Counted from the stretch's first letter, positions 17,763 to 27,186 are shown. The stretch is DNA of 64,000 nt from Labilithrix sp. (GCA_019637155.1 JAHBWE010000017.1:211627-275626); one strand, 5' to 3'. Notes: generated by a model from the sequence alone, not told the origin. Numbers and translations are program-made.

Positions 17763-18237
17763 CACGCTCGCCGCTCGCCCGTACCTCTTCGCATACCGGG
17801 TCAAGTCGCCCGCGATCTCCAGCGTCGGCGTCCAAGCCGCCAGTCGCTCCAGCCTCGACGACGCTCATCGGCGCGGATCCATCCATCGCGGCGTCGGGAG
17901 CTGCGACCGTTGCGCTGGCGGGCTCTCCCCCGCAGCTCTTGAATCGAGGATGGATCCATCGGCGTTGCACACTGGACGGTAAGCCCCCTGCGCGTGAGAC
18001 CACGAGAGGAGCCTCGGAGACAAGGCAGTGCGCGGCGGTCATTGCAATCGCACCCTGCCTACCATCCGCGACCAAGACCCCAAACAGCGGGGCACCAGAT
18101 CGGAGTCGGCGGCGCCGCTCCCGCTCGGCTCTCGCGCCGTTCGCCTCGGACGAACGATGCGACGAGCGCGCACGTACTCGCTCCGACAGCGAAGAGAGAC
18201 CAACCACGCATGCACCTCCGACCGCTAACAGGAACAC
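17763..18237 (-). pseudogene. 5' remnant of a trypsin-like (S1) serine protease gene. It keeps the signal peptide and the His-box region (AIAMTAAHC...IHPRF) and is truncated by the neighbouring gene.
   Basis: GTG start at 18237, then a signal-like MFLLAVGGACVVGLSSL and a TAAHC motif. The sequence runs into the methyltransferase gene with no catalytic Asp/Ser. Codon usage is atypical. Confidence 0.3.
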
Positions 18238-18725
18238 CCCGCATTAGGAATCCGCTGGCATGTTTGACCAAACTCGGCGGCCGGCACTTCCTGTCCGGAC
18301 GCATTCAAGCAGCGAAGCACCTCGCGACCGTCCGAGCACGACGCCGAGACACCACCAGGACAGCAGGCTGCAATGCGCCAGATCGACTCCGCGCACAGCA
18401 ACATGATTCTCGCGTCGGGATCGTAGCCGTACCTGATGCACGACTCGCAGACGCACTTACTATCATCATTGCCGAATACTAAGTCGGGAGAGCATTGTGG
18501 ATCGCAAGATTGACACGCTCCTCCCGCTTTCCCAACGAAAGTGAAGGTTCTATCATCCGCACACGCGGGGACGAGACTCACTGAAGCGAGCAGCGCAAAA
18601 ATGAGCCCCCCCGCGACCCGAGCCGTCCTCAGATTGCCAGCCACGGCAGTCACAGGTCGGCGTGAAGGACCTTCGATCGCGACGCGTTTACCGTTGCGGT
18701 GGGAGCCACGGTACACGAACGCCAT
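18225..18725 (-). CDS. Small secreted cysteine-rich protein (166 aa, 12 Cys in the mature part) with atypical low-GC codon usage.
   Basis: ATG at 18725. Hydrophobic signal ending LVPAC/ADD. Many A/T-ending codons (att, ttt, tca, agt, gat, aga, tta, gta, aat), in contrast to the >90% GC3 of neighbours. Confidence 0.55.
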   Translation of the reverse strand: MAFVYRGSHRNGKRVAIEGPSRRPVTAVAGNLRTARVAGGLIFALLASVSLVPACADDRTFTFVGKAGGACQSCDPQCSPDLVFGNDDSKCVCESCIRYGYDPDARIMLLCAESIWRIAACCPGGVSASCSDGREVLRCLNASGQEVPAAEFGQTCQRIPNAGCSC

Positions 18726-18760
18726 CCCTAGCACGTACCGGCGCGCTCCTGTCGTACATA

Positions 18761-20173
18761 CTACGTGACGCGGGACGGCAGCACCGCCGCGAGGCGCGTC
18801 CGCCAGGCCTCGGACCTCCAGCGATCGGGGAAGCAGCGCGCGAGGAGGTCGAGCATGATCGCGACCGCGGTCGAGGCGCCGGGGGACGCGCCGAGGAGGG
18901 CCGCGATCGAGCCGTCGGCGGCGGTGACGACCTCGGTGCCGAACTTCAGCTCGCCGCGGCCGTCGCCGGTCGCCTTGATGATCTGGACGCGGAGGCCCGC
19001 GATCTGGAGCTCCCAGTCGTCGTCCGCCGCCGCGGGGTAGTAGCGACGCAGGAGCGCCATCCGCTCTTCGACCGAGAGCATCGCCTGCCCCACGAGGTAA
19101 CGCGTGAGATCGAGGTTCTCGAGCCCCGCGCTCATCACCGCGCCGACGTTGTGGACGCCGACCGAGCGGAGCAAGTCGAGCCACGAGCCCTGCTTCAGGA
19201 ACTTCGTCGTGAACCCGGCGTACGGCCCGAAGAGGAGCTCCTGCTCGCCGCCGATCCATCGCGAGTCGAGGTGCGGCACCGACATCGGCGGGGCGCCGAC
19301 CTCCGCACATCCATAGACCTTCGCGTGATGCCGTGCGACGACGGCGCGGTTCGTGCATTTCAGCCATTGCCCACTAACAGGGAACGCGCCATAACCCGCC
19401 GCCTCCGGAATGCCACTTTGCTCCAGGAGCGAAAGCGAATATCCGCCGGCGCCGATGAATACGAACTTCGCGCGGACGGTGCGCTCGGCGCCGGTCGCGA
19501 GGTCGTGGACGTCGACGCACCACGTCTTGCCGTCGCGGCGGAGACCGCGGACCTCGTGCGAGAGGTGCAGCTCGACGTCGGAGCGCGCGGACAGATTGGC
19601 GATCAGCGCGCGGGTCAGCTCTCCAAAGTTGACGTCGGTGCCGTGGAGCACGCGCGTCGCGGCGACCGGCACGTCGCGAGCGCGCCCCTCCATCACGAGC
19701 GGGAGCCACGCCGCGAGCAGGTTCCGGTCCTCGGTCAGCTCGATGCCGGCGAACAGCTTCGTCTCGCGGAGCTGCGCGTGCCGCGCGCGCAGGAACGCGA
19801 CGTCGCCCTCGCCCCACACGAAGCTCATGTGCGGGACGGAGCGGAGGAACCGCGTGAGGTCCGGGAGATCGCCGCGCTTCACGAGCGAGTCCCACAGCTC
19901 GAGGCTCAGCGCGAACTGCGAGGCGATGAGGAGCGCCTTCGCGCAGTCCACCGTGCCGTCGGGGCGCCGCGGCGTGTAGTTCAGCTCGCAATAGCCCGCG
20001 TGGCCGGTGCCGGCGTTGTTCCAGGCGTCGGAGCTCTCCGCCGCGGCGCGGTCGAGCCGCTCGTAGATCCCGACCCGCAACGACGGATCGAGCTCGAGGA
20101 GCAGCGTCCCCAGCGTCGCGCTCATGATCCCTGCGCCGATCAGCGCGACGTCGACCGACTCCCCTTGGCTCAT
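18761..20173 (-). CDS. mqo: Malate:quinone oxidoreductase.
   Basis: N-terminal FAD motif VDVALIGAGIMSATLG. Length and blocks typical of Mqo. ATGA overlap with the downstream gene. Confidence 0.9.
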   Translation of the reverse strand: MSQGESVDVALIGAGIMSATLGTLLLELDPSLRVGIYERLDRAAAESSDAWNNAGTGHAGYCELNYTPRRPDGTVDCAKALLIASQFALSLELWDSLVKRGDLPDLTRFLRSVPHMSFVWGEGDVAFLRARHAQLRETKLFAGIELTEDRNLLAAWLPLVMEGRARDVPVAATRVLHGTDVNFGELTRALIANLSARSDVELHLSHEVRGLRRDGKTWCVDVHDLATGAERTVRAKFVFIGAGGYSLSLLEQSGIPEAAGYGAFPVSGQWLKCTNRAVVARHHAKVYGCAEVGAPPMSVPHLDSRWIGGEQELLFGPYAGFTTKFLKQGSWLDLLRSVGVHNVGAVMSAGLENLDLTRYLVGQAMLSVEERMALLRRYYPAAADDDWELQIAGLRVQIIKATGDGRGELKFGTEVVTAADGSIAALLGASPGASTAVAIMLDLLARCFPDRWRSEAWRTRLAAVLPSRVT

Positions 20174-20946
20174 GCGCGCATCGTAGACCCACACGCGTAG
20201 ACGTGAAGCCACGACCGCGCCTCGCCGGCGGGGACGAGCGTGGGATGGCAGGCGAGGTCGACGGCGCTCGCGCACAGAAAACGCGGCGGCCGCGCGAGGA
20301 GCCGCGCGAGCGCCGCCGCCAGCGTCGCGCCGGTGAACGGGATGTACATGAAGACGACGTCGGCCTCGGGAAACGCGGCGTCGCGCGCGTCGGCGAGGAC
20401 GAAGCGCGCGTCGGCCGCGAGCGCGTCCGCGGCGCCGGCCGCCATCCGATACACCGGCTCGTCCCGCTCGATCCCCTCCCCGCGCGCGCCGCACAGGAGC
20501 GCCGCGAGCAGCACCGACTTGCCCGCGCCGGCGCCCACGTCGAGGAAGCGATCGCCGGCGCCGAGCCCGGTCACGTCGAACGCGTGGACGATCTCGTCGT
20601 AGCCGCTCGGGCAGTAGGTCACGAGCTCGCGCTCCGGCGCCGGCTCCGCGAGCGGCGGGTACGCGATGCCGAGGACCTCCTCGACGAAGTGATCGCGCTC
20701 GGCGGGAGGCGGCGCCTCGAAGCACGCCCGCAGCGCCGCGCCACGCAGCGCGCCGGACGCGATCCGCGCGCGCAGGTCCGCGTGCGCGCGGGCGGCCGCC
20801 GCCGCCAGCTCCGCGTGCACGTCCTCGAGCGCGCCGCGCGCCGCGCCGGCCTTCGGCCACCGCATCCGCAGCGCGCCGTCGACGAACGCGCGGTCCGCGC
20901 CGTCGCCGCGGCGGGCGAGATCACGCAGCGTTTCGAGCTCGATCAC
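20170..20946 (-). CDS. SAM-dependent methyltransferase.
   Basis: LDVGAGAGK motif. Translationally coupled to mqo by a 4-nt ATGA overlap. Confidence 0.7.
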   Translation of the reverse strand: MIELETLRDLARRGDGADRAFVDGALRMRWPKAGAARGALEDVHAELAAAAARAHADLRARIASGALRGAALRACFEAPPPAERDHFVEEVLGIAYPPLAEPAPERELVTYCPSGYDEIVHAFDVTGLGAGDRFLDVGAGAGKSVLLAALLCGARGEGIERDEPVYRMAAGAADALAADARFVLADARDAAFPEADVVFMYIPFTGATLAAALARLLARPPRFLCASAVDLACHPTLVPAGEARSWLHVYACGSTMRA

Positions 20947-20976
20947 GGTGGCCGCTTTTTCCTATAGGCTCGCGTC

Positions 20977-21540
20977 ATGAGCGCGCAAGAGCCGCCGCGA
21001 TCGTCCGGCATCAGCCCGTCGGTCGGCTACATGGTGATGGTCCTCCTCTGCAGCGCGGGCCTCCTGTCCGTCGTCTACGCGAACAGGAACGAGGGCCCGC
21101 AGGCCGCCCCGACGACCGAGAGCCCTCCGCCGCCTGCGCCCGCGCCCGCGCCGAAGCCGTCCGCGACGCAGAGCGCGGCGCCGCCGCCGGCCGACGACGG
21201 CAAGCTCGTCATGCAGGACCTCGCGCCCGGCGCCGGGGAGGCGGCGAAGACAGGCGACAAGGTCGCGGTGCACTACGTCGGCACGCTCACCGACGGCAAG
21301 GAGTTCGACGCGTCGAAGAAGCACGGCGACAAGCCGTTCGAGTTCGAGCTCGGCGCCGGCCGCGTGATCAAGGGCTGGGACGACGGCGTCGTCGGCATGA
21401 AGGTCGGCGGCAAGCGCAAGCTCACGATCCCGCCGAGCCTCGGCTACGGCGCGCGCGGCGCCGGCTCGGCGATCCCGCCGAACGCGACCCTCGTCTTCGA
21501 GGTCGAGATGGTGAAGATCACGCCCGCCGGCGCGCCGTAG
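20977..21540 (+). CDS. FKBP-type peptidyl-prolyl cis-trans isomerase (exported).
   Basis: FKBP domain: VHYVGTLTDGKEFDAS...GWDDGVVGMKVGGKRKLTIPPSLGYG...LVFEVE. Confidence 0.85.
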   Translation: MSAQEPPRSSGISPSVGYMVMVLLCSAGLLSVVYANRNEGPQAAPTTESPPPPAPAPAPKPSATQSAAPPPADDGKLVMQDLAPGAGEAAKTGDKVAVHYVGTLTDGKEFDASKKHGDKPFEFELGAGRVIKGWDDGVVGMKVGGKRKLTIPPSLGYGARGAGSAIPPNATLVFEVEMVKITPAGAP

Positions 21541-22356
21541 CTACCCGGCGATCGCTTCGATCGCGCGGACGTCGGCGTCCGGCAGCGGCGGCGCGCGAAG
21601 GACGGCGAGGTCCGCGCGCATGTGCTCGGCGCTCGACGTGCCGGTGAGCGGCGTCATGCCGGCGTCGAGCGCGAAGCGGAAGACGAGCTGCGACGGCGTG
21701 AGGCCGTGGCGCGTCGCGAGCGCGCGGACGGCGGGGAGCGCGGTCTCTCTCCGGTTCGCGGTGAGGAGCGAGAAGCCCTGATACGCGATCCCGCGCTCGC
21801 GGCAGAGCGCGCGCATCTCGCGGTCCCACCCCTGGCTCGCGTAGCAGCGGTTCTGCACCGCGCTCGGCGTCACGCGCGCGCGGCCGAGGAGGAGCTCGAG
21901 CTGCGCCCGCGTGACGTTGCTCACCGCGAGCGCGCGCACGAGGCCGGCGGCGTGGAGCTCCTCCATCGCCTCCCACGCCTCGAGGTCCTCCCGCGCGAGG
22001 CCGACGCGCTGCGACGGACCGTGGAGGACGTACGAGTCGACGACGCGCGCGCCGAGGTGCTGGAGCGAGCTCTCGAGCGACTGCCTCACCTGTGCCGCGA
22101 CCGGCGCGTTCGCGTCGTACGGCAGACGGTGGTCCTGCCCGCCGCGATGCGTGAACTTCGTCTGGAGGAAGAGGTCCTCGCGGCGCACGACGCCGGCGGC
22201 GTAGGCGTCGGCGAGCGCCTCGCCGACCGCGGCCTCGTGGTAGTGCCTCCGCTGGTTCGCGGTGTCTATCGCGCGGAAGCCCTGCGCGAGCGCGAGCCCG
22301 ACGAGCCGCCGCGTCTCGTCCTCCTTCCACGCCGTGCCGTAGACGAACGAGGTCAT
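21541..22356 (-). CDS. Aldo/keto reductase.
   Basis: AKR blocks: AIDTANQRRHYHEAAVG, LFLQTKF, VLHGPS, SNV. ATG at 22356. Confidence 0.85.
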   Translation of the reverse strand: MTSFVYGTAWKEDETRRLVGLALAQGFRAIDTANQRRHYHEAAVGEALADAYAAGVVRREDLFLQTKFTHRGGQDHRLPYDANAPVAAQVRQSLESSLQHLGARVVDSYVLHGPSQRVGLAREDLEAWEAMEELHAAGLVRALAVSNVTRAQLELLLGRARVTPSAVQNRCYASQGWDREMRALCRERGIAYQGFSLLTANRRETALPAVRALATRHGLTPSQLVFRFALDAGMTPLTGTSSAEHMRADLAVLRAPPLPDADVRAIEAIAG

Positions 22357-23864
22357 CGCGGCCCGAGCGTGAACGTGAACGCGGCGCCTTCGCCGGGGGC
22401 GGTCGTGACCGCGAGCGTGCCGCCGTGCCGCCGCACGATCCGGTCGGCGATCGCGAGGCCGATGCCGATGCCCTCGAACTCCTTCGCGGTGTGGAGGCGA
22501 TGGAACGGGGCGAAGATCGCGCCGAGGTGCTGCATGTCGAAGCCGGCGCCGTCGTCGCGGACGCAGACAGCGTCGCCGTCGCGCGCGACGGTGATGTGCG
22601 CGGGCGCGCGGTGGCGGGAGAACTTCCACGCGTTGCCGAGGAGACACTCCATCAACGTGCGCACGAGCGCCGCGTCGCCGTCGAGGACGATGCCGTCCGC
22701 GACCGTCGCCTCGACCTGCCGCTCCGGCTCGGCCGAGTAGAGGTCTTGGAGCACCGCGCGCGCGGCGTCGGAGACGTCCACCCGCTCCTGCCTCATCTCC
22801 TGCCGCGTGATGCGCGAGAGCGAGAGGAGCGCGTCGATGAGCTCCCCCATGTGCACCGCGCTCGCGATGACGCGACCGAGCTCCCGCTTCACGTGCGCGT
22901 CGAGGCGATCGCCGTGGTCTTCGATGACCCCCTTCGCGAGGCCGTTGATCGCGCGGAGCGGCGCGCGGAAGTCGTGCGCGACGGAGGCGCTGAACAACGT
23001 GAGCTCGGCGCGGAGCTGCTCCTCCGCCGCCTTCCGCCGCTCGACCTCGCGCTGCAGCTCGAGGTACCGCGCGTGGAGGTCGTCGTTCGCGCGCTGCAGC
23101 TCCGCCGCCGCCGCGCGCGCCGCGACGATCCACGAGACGCGCTTCCGCGCGCGGCTGGCGAGGCCTCGCTCCTCCGGCAGCTCGATCAGGTAGCTCGCCG
23201 CGGTCTCGGTCGCCTCGTAGGTCACGGTCGCGGGCGGGAGCCCGAACGCGCGCGGGACGCCGCGGATGACGCCGAGCCGCACGAGCCAGAACTCGCGCAC
23301 GGCGGTGTAGCCGGGCTTCATCTGGACGTCGAACCGGAGGCGGCGCTCGCCGAGCTGCGTCACGGACATGTCGGCGACCGCCATCATCTGCGCGACCGGC
23401 GCGTCGGGCCGCGCGCCCCAGCGATAGAGGTCGACGAGGGAGAAGAGGAGCCGGCCCGGCAGCATCAACGCGCGCGCGACCGGGGTCTCGAGCACCGCCG
23501 CCCCCGCGCGGACGAGCTCCTCGTCCGAGAGGACGCGCCCGAAGCTCGAGAGCACACGCGTGAACGCCGGCCACGAGATGCGCGCGCGCGGGTCGCGGAG
23601 CTCCGCCGCCGAGCAGCCGGTGCCCTCCGCGATCGCGTCCGCGGAGCTCCCCTTGCGCGCCGCCGCCTCGAAGAGCGGCGCCAGGAAGCGCACGGTGGCT
23701 TCGCGTCCTCGCAGCTCGACGGGGACCTCGGTCGACAAAGTGGGGCCGAGCGTACTACGTAGGCCGGCGCGGATGTATCGAAGCGCGCCGTCCCTCTCGT
23801 CGCTCCTCGCCGAGCGCCTCGGCCCGCTCGGCTTCGCCGAGGTCGCGCCCGACGACGAGCGCAA
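22353..23864 (-). CDS. Cytoplasmic sensor histidine kinase.
   Basis: HisKA H-box SASVAHDFRAPL plus HATPase N/G boxes (NAWKF, RDDGAGF, GIGIGLAI). ATGA overlap with the AKR gene. The true start may be internal. Confidence 0.75.
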   Translation of the reverse strand: MRSSSGATSAKPSGPRRSARSDERDGALRYIRAGLRSTLGPTLSTEVPVELRGREATVRFLAPLFEAAARKGSSADAIAEGTGCSAAELRDPRARISWPAFTRVLSSFGRVLSDEELVRAGAAVLETPVARALMLPGRLLFSLVDLYRWGARPDAPVAQMMAVADMSVTQLGERRLRFDVQMKPGYTAVREFWLVRLGVIRGVPRAFGLPPATVTYEATETAASYLIELPEERGLASRARKRVSWIVAARAAAAELQRANDDLHARYLELQREVERRKAAEEQLRAELTLFSASVAHDFRAPLRAINGLAKGVIEDHGDRLDAHVKRELGRVIASAVHMGELIDALLSLSRITRQEMRQERVDVSDAARAVLQDLYSAEPERQVEATVADGIVLDGDAALVRTLMECLLGNAWKFSRHRAPAHITVARDGDAVCVRDDGAGFDMQHLGAIFAPFHRLHTAKEFEGIGIGLAIADRIVRRHGGTLAVTTAPGEGAAFTFTLGPR

Positions 23865-24240
23865 GGCGAGCGGGGTCCTCGCCCTCTACCGGCGGAAGAC
23901 GTGGAGCACGAACCGCGGCGTGGTGCTCGCGGCGCCGACGACGCCCGATCTCCGCGCCTACGTCGAGACGATGCGCGCGAGCGCGGGCGGCTTCCTCGGA
24001 TCGTCGTGGTGGAATCAGCTCGGCTTGCAGGTCGTGCTCGAGGTCGCGGGACCACCGCCGCCGAGCACGGAGCTCGATCGCTACGTCGACAAGGTCAACA
24101 CGCAGGGCATCCTCGTCCAGAGCGTCTTCGCCTACGACCGGACGACGAGGCAGAGCACGAGCGCGCGGACGTGGGGCCAGGTCTTCACCGGCCGCTTCCA
24201 GGACGCGATCCAGGGCGCGCTCGACGCGCTCGCTCGATAG
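23773..24240 (+). CDS. Hypothetical protein (155 aa).
   Basis: Good composition from ATG 23773. Upstream part of the ORF is junk. Confidence 0.5.
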   Translation: MYRSAPSLSSLLAERLGPLGFAEVAPDDERKASGVLALYRRKTWSTNRGVVLAAPTTPDLRAYVETMRASAGGFLGSSWWNQLGLQVVLEVAGPPPPSTELDRYVDKVNTQGILVQSVFAYDRTTRQSTSARTWGQVFTGRFQDAIQGALDALAR

Positions 24241-24284
24241 CCGCCCGTGATCGCGTATCGCTCGCACGCTCGCGTTCGCACGCG

Positions 24285-24953
24285 TCAGGCGAGCGCGAAG
24301 AGCTCGTGGTTCTCGACCACCTTCACCCCCGGCGTCTCGTCCTTCGCGAGCGCGATCATCGCCCCCGCGACCGTGCGGACGGAGACGGGGCGGTACCGCG
24401 CGATGCCGGGCAGCTTCCCGAGCCCGTGCATGATCCACATACCGACCTTCTCGCCGGGACGCGACTCCTCGCGGTCGCCGTCGAGGAAGCTGGGGCGCAC
24501 GATGCGCGTCCGCGCGAAGCCGAGCGCGATCACGTCGCGTTCGAGCTCGCCCTTCATCCGCGTGTAGAAGCTCCGGGCGTCGGGGCTCGCGCCGAGCGAC
24601 GAGCACAGCGAGACGGTCGCGACGCCCGCCGCCTTCGCCGCCTTCGCGACCTCGTACTGGAACGTGTAGTCGACCTCGTATTGCGCCTCCTTGCTCCCCG
24701 CCGTCTTGAGCGTGGTGCCGAGCGCGGAGAAGAGGACGTCGGCCGCGTTCGGGGAGGCAGCGGCGAGCTTCTCCGCGAAGCTCGCGGGCTCGCGGAAGTT
24801 GGTCACGCGCACCTCGGTCTTCTTCGCGAGCGCGCGATCGGGCGCGCGGCGCACGAGCAGCACGACGCGCTCCACCGCCGGATCCTGCTCGAGCAGAGCG
24901 ACGATCTCTCGGCCCACGAGGCCGGTCGCGCCGAGGACGATCGCCGATTGCAT
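24285..24953 (-). CDS. NAD(P)H-binding oxidoreductase, atypical SDR / NmrA-like.
   Basis: N-terminal Rossmann motif MQSAIVLGATGLVGREIV. Confidence 0.8.
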   Translation of the reverse strand: MQSAIVLGATGLVGREIVALLEQDPAVERVVLLVRRAPDRALAKKTEVRVTNFREPASFAEKLAAASPNAADVLFSALGTTLKTAGSKEAQYEVDYTFQYEVAKAAKAAGVATVSLCSSLGASPDARSFYTRMKGELERDVIALGFARTRIVRPSFLDGDREESRPGEKVGMWIMHGLGKLPGIARYRPVSVRTVAGAMIALAKDETPGVKVVENHELFALA

Positions 24954-24999
24954 GACTTCCTCCGTGGACCGACCCTAACACGGCAGGGTAGAAAACGCG

Positions 25000-25614
25000 T
25001 TGATGGCGCAGACGCGGTACAGGGTCGAGGACGGGAAGTCGTGCATCGACATCCAGCTCCGTTCGGCGCGCCAGCTCTTCGATCTGCGCGACCCCGCTCC
25101 GTTCCGCGAGCGCGACCTCGATCCCGGCGCGGTCGATCACCTCCTCACGTCCGTGCGCGAGATCGGGCTCCGCACGCCGGTGAAGATCAACCTCCACATC
25201 GCCGCCACGGGCGGAGACGACATTCCCCACGCCGTCCTCGCGGAGGCGATCCGCGCGCACCTCCGCCACGAGCGCAACGTCGTCCAGCGCGCGATCCGGC
25301 AGAACTTCCGGCACGGGCGGCAGCTCTTCTTCATCGGCGCGGTCGTGCTCGGGTTCTTCCTCACCCTCGCGAAGGTCGGCGGCGATCTGCTCGCGCACCT
25401 CGGCCTCGTGAGCGCGGTCCTGCGCGAGGGGCTCGTGATCACGGGCTGGGTCGCGATGTGGCGGCCGGCCGAGGTCCTGCTCTACGACTGGTGGCCGCTC
25501 TACGAAGATCGCCGCTTCATCGAGAAGCTGATCGACAGCGAGATCGAGATCGACGAGATCGCGACGTCGGTCGCGCCCGCGTCGCTCTCCGGCGCTGGCT
25601 CGACGCGCGCCTAG
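25000..25614 (+). CDS. Hypothetical membrane protein.
   Basis: Normal composition. Two TM helices. Confidence 0.55.
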   Translation: MMAQTRYRVEDGKSCIDIQLRSARQLFDLRDPAPFRERDLDPGAVDHLLTSVREIGLRTPVKINLHIAATGGDDIPHAVLAEAIRAHLRHERNVVQRAIRQNFRHGRQLFFIGAVVLGFFLTLAKVGGDLLAHLGLVSAVLREGLVITGWVAMWRPAEVLLYDWWPLYEDRRFIEKLIDSEIEIDEIATSVAPASLSGAGSTRA

Positions 25615-26552
25615 TTCGACTCGCACTTGGGCGCGCCGCAGTGCCCGGTGCGCTGCTTTCCGTAGCGCCAGTAGTTGTAGCGCGCGCACGTGCACGGCCA
25701 CTTCGGGTCGAGGTCGGTCGCGGCCTTGAGCGCGGTGCAGTCGACGACGCCCTGCGCGTGCGCGGCCTGCACGTACGCGTAGCCGGCGCAGCCGCACGGA
25801 TCGAGGTGGTGCTCGCAGAGGAGCTGGAGCGGCTCGAGCGACACCTTCTTCTCGTCGTTCTGCGAGTCCTCCCCCGCGACGACGAGCCAGCAGCTCTTCG
25901 GATCGTCGTTGCGGCACCGCTCGAGCGCCGCGTTCGCGGGCGGCCGCAGGAAGACGAAGTAGAAGACGACGATCAGGACGTACGACGTGACGATCCCCGC
26001 CTTGAGGAAGAAGCGATCGGTCCGCTTGTGGATCGGCAGCGCGCGCCGCTCGAAGTCGGTCTTGCTCGGCTCGTCCGGCGGGATGAGGCGCTTGCTCCCG
26101 CGATCGGAGGAGACCGCGGGCTTCGCCTTCTCCTCGCTCTTCTTCTCGGCCTTCTCTTCGGCCTTCTTCTCCTCCGTCTTCGCCTTCGGCTTCTCCTCCT
26201 CGACCTCGACGTCGGCGAGCTCGACGAGCGCGGCCTCGACGTCCTTGATCATCGCGTCGACGGCGTCGCGCGCGGCCTCGTCGACCTTGATGAGCCCGAG
26301 GAGCTCCTTCGCGGTGGTGACGACGTCGCGGTTCTTCGACGCGCCGTGCTCGTCGAGGTCCTTCGCGAGCGCGTCGCGATGCTCGTCCGCCTTGGGATCG
26401 GCCTCGACGTCCGCGACGCGGATCTTGTCGCTCTTCTTCGCGATCGCGCGCTTGAGCTCCTTGAACCGATCCTGGACTGCCGCGCCCGTTTCTTTCTTGG
26501 ATGCGATCGCCCCGGCGGCGACGGCGACTGCGATGTGGCGACCGATGGCCAT
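25611..26552 (-). CDS. Hypothetical membrane protein with a Lys/Glu-rich low-complexity region and a Cys-rich C-terminal domain.
   Basis: ATG at 26552 (MAIGRHIAVAVAAG). KAKTEEKKAEEKAEKKSEEKAKP tract, a TM helix, and 10 Cys in the last 90 aa. Confidence 0.6.
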   Translation of the reverse strand: MAIGRHIAVAVAAGAIASKKETGAAVQDRFKELKRAIAKKSDKIRVADVEADPKADEHRDALAKDLDEHGASKNRDVVTTAKELLGLIKVDEAARDAVDAMIKDVEAALVELADVEVEEEKPKAKTEEKKAEEKAEKKSEEKAKPAVSSDRGSKRLIPPDEPSKTDFERRALPIHKRTDRFFLKAGIVTSYVLIVVFYFVFLRPPANAALERCRNDDPKSCWLVVAGEDSQNDEKKVSLEPLQLLCEHHLDPCGCAGYAYVQAAHAQGVVDCTALKAATDLDPKWPCTCARYNYWRYGKQRTGHCGAPKCESN

Positions 26553-26587
26553 GCGCCGACCGTATCGGCGTGGCTCTTCGATCGTCA

Positions 26588-26710
26588 ATAAGCCTCGCGG
26601 CGGCGGCGTCCGATGACGAGGGCCAGGGCGACCGCGAGCGGGCCGTGGGCGCTCGCCCCGCTGCAAGCCCCGACCATGATCCCGACGACGACGACGAAAC
26701 GTTTCGGCAT
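26588..26710 (-). CDS. 41-aa stand-alone MYXO-CTERM-like peptide (MPKRFVVVGIMVGACSGASAHGPLAVALALVIGRRRREAY).
   Basis: Small ORF 34 nt upstream of the preceding gene on the same strand. Cys-Gly-rich stretch, hydrophobic helix and RRRR match the MYXO-CTERM architecture. Too short for the ORF track. Confidence 0.25.
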
Positions 26711-26850
26711 GGAACGTCCCCGACAGCAACGCCCATACCCCGTGCGTCCTCACCGCAAAATGCCGCCATTTTAGGGACGAACGACGCGATCGCGGCCTCT
26801 GCGATCCACGACGAGCGACGGGGTGATCTGCCCGCTACAATGCTCGGCCG

Positions 26851-27186
26851 ATGTCCTCGCAGAACGACGGTGACGGCGACGGCGACGTCCTCGTCGTCCA
26901 GGATCCGAAGGTCGGACGCGCGCGACGGTGGGGGGTCGTCTTCTACAACGACGACTACACGACGAAGTGGTTCGTCGTGGAGGTGCTGCAGCGCTTCTTC
27001 CGCATGGATGAGACGACGGCGACCAACTTCATGATGTCGGTGCATCGAAAGGGCAAGGGCGCCGCCGCGTTCTACACGCGCGACGTCGCCGAGACGAAGG
27101 CCGCCGCGGTCATGGACTACGCGCGCGAGCTCGGCATGCCGCTCCTCGTCACCGCCGAGCCGGAGGAGCCCGACGACGATCCGTAG
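26851..27186 (+). CDS. clpS: ATP-dependent Clp protease adaptor ClpS.
   Basis: VVFYNDDYTTKWFVVEVLQRFFRMDETTATNFMMSVHRKGKGAAAFYTRDVAETK is the canonical ClpS core. Confidence 0.9.
   Translation: MSSQNDGDGDGDVLVVQDPKVGRARRWGVVFYNDDYTTKWFVVEVLQRFFRMDETTATNFMMSVHRKGKGAAAFYTRDVAETKAAAVMDYARELGMPLLVTAEPEEPDDDP

Noticed and set aside
18225-19367. 380-aa minus ORF extending the Cys-rich protein far upstream.
   Set aside because: The upstream 210 codons are Arg/Gly junk overlapping mqo on the same strand in another frame. Only the last 166 codons (from ATG 18725) look coding.
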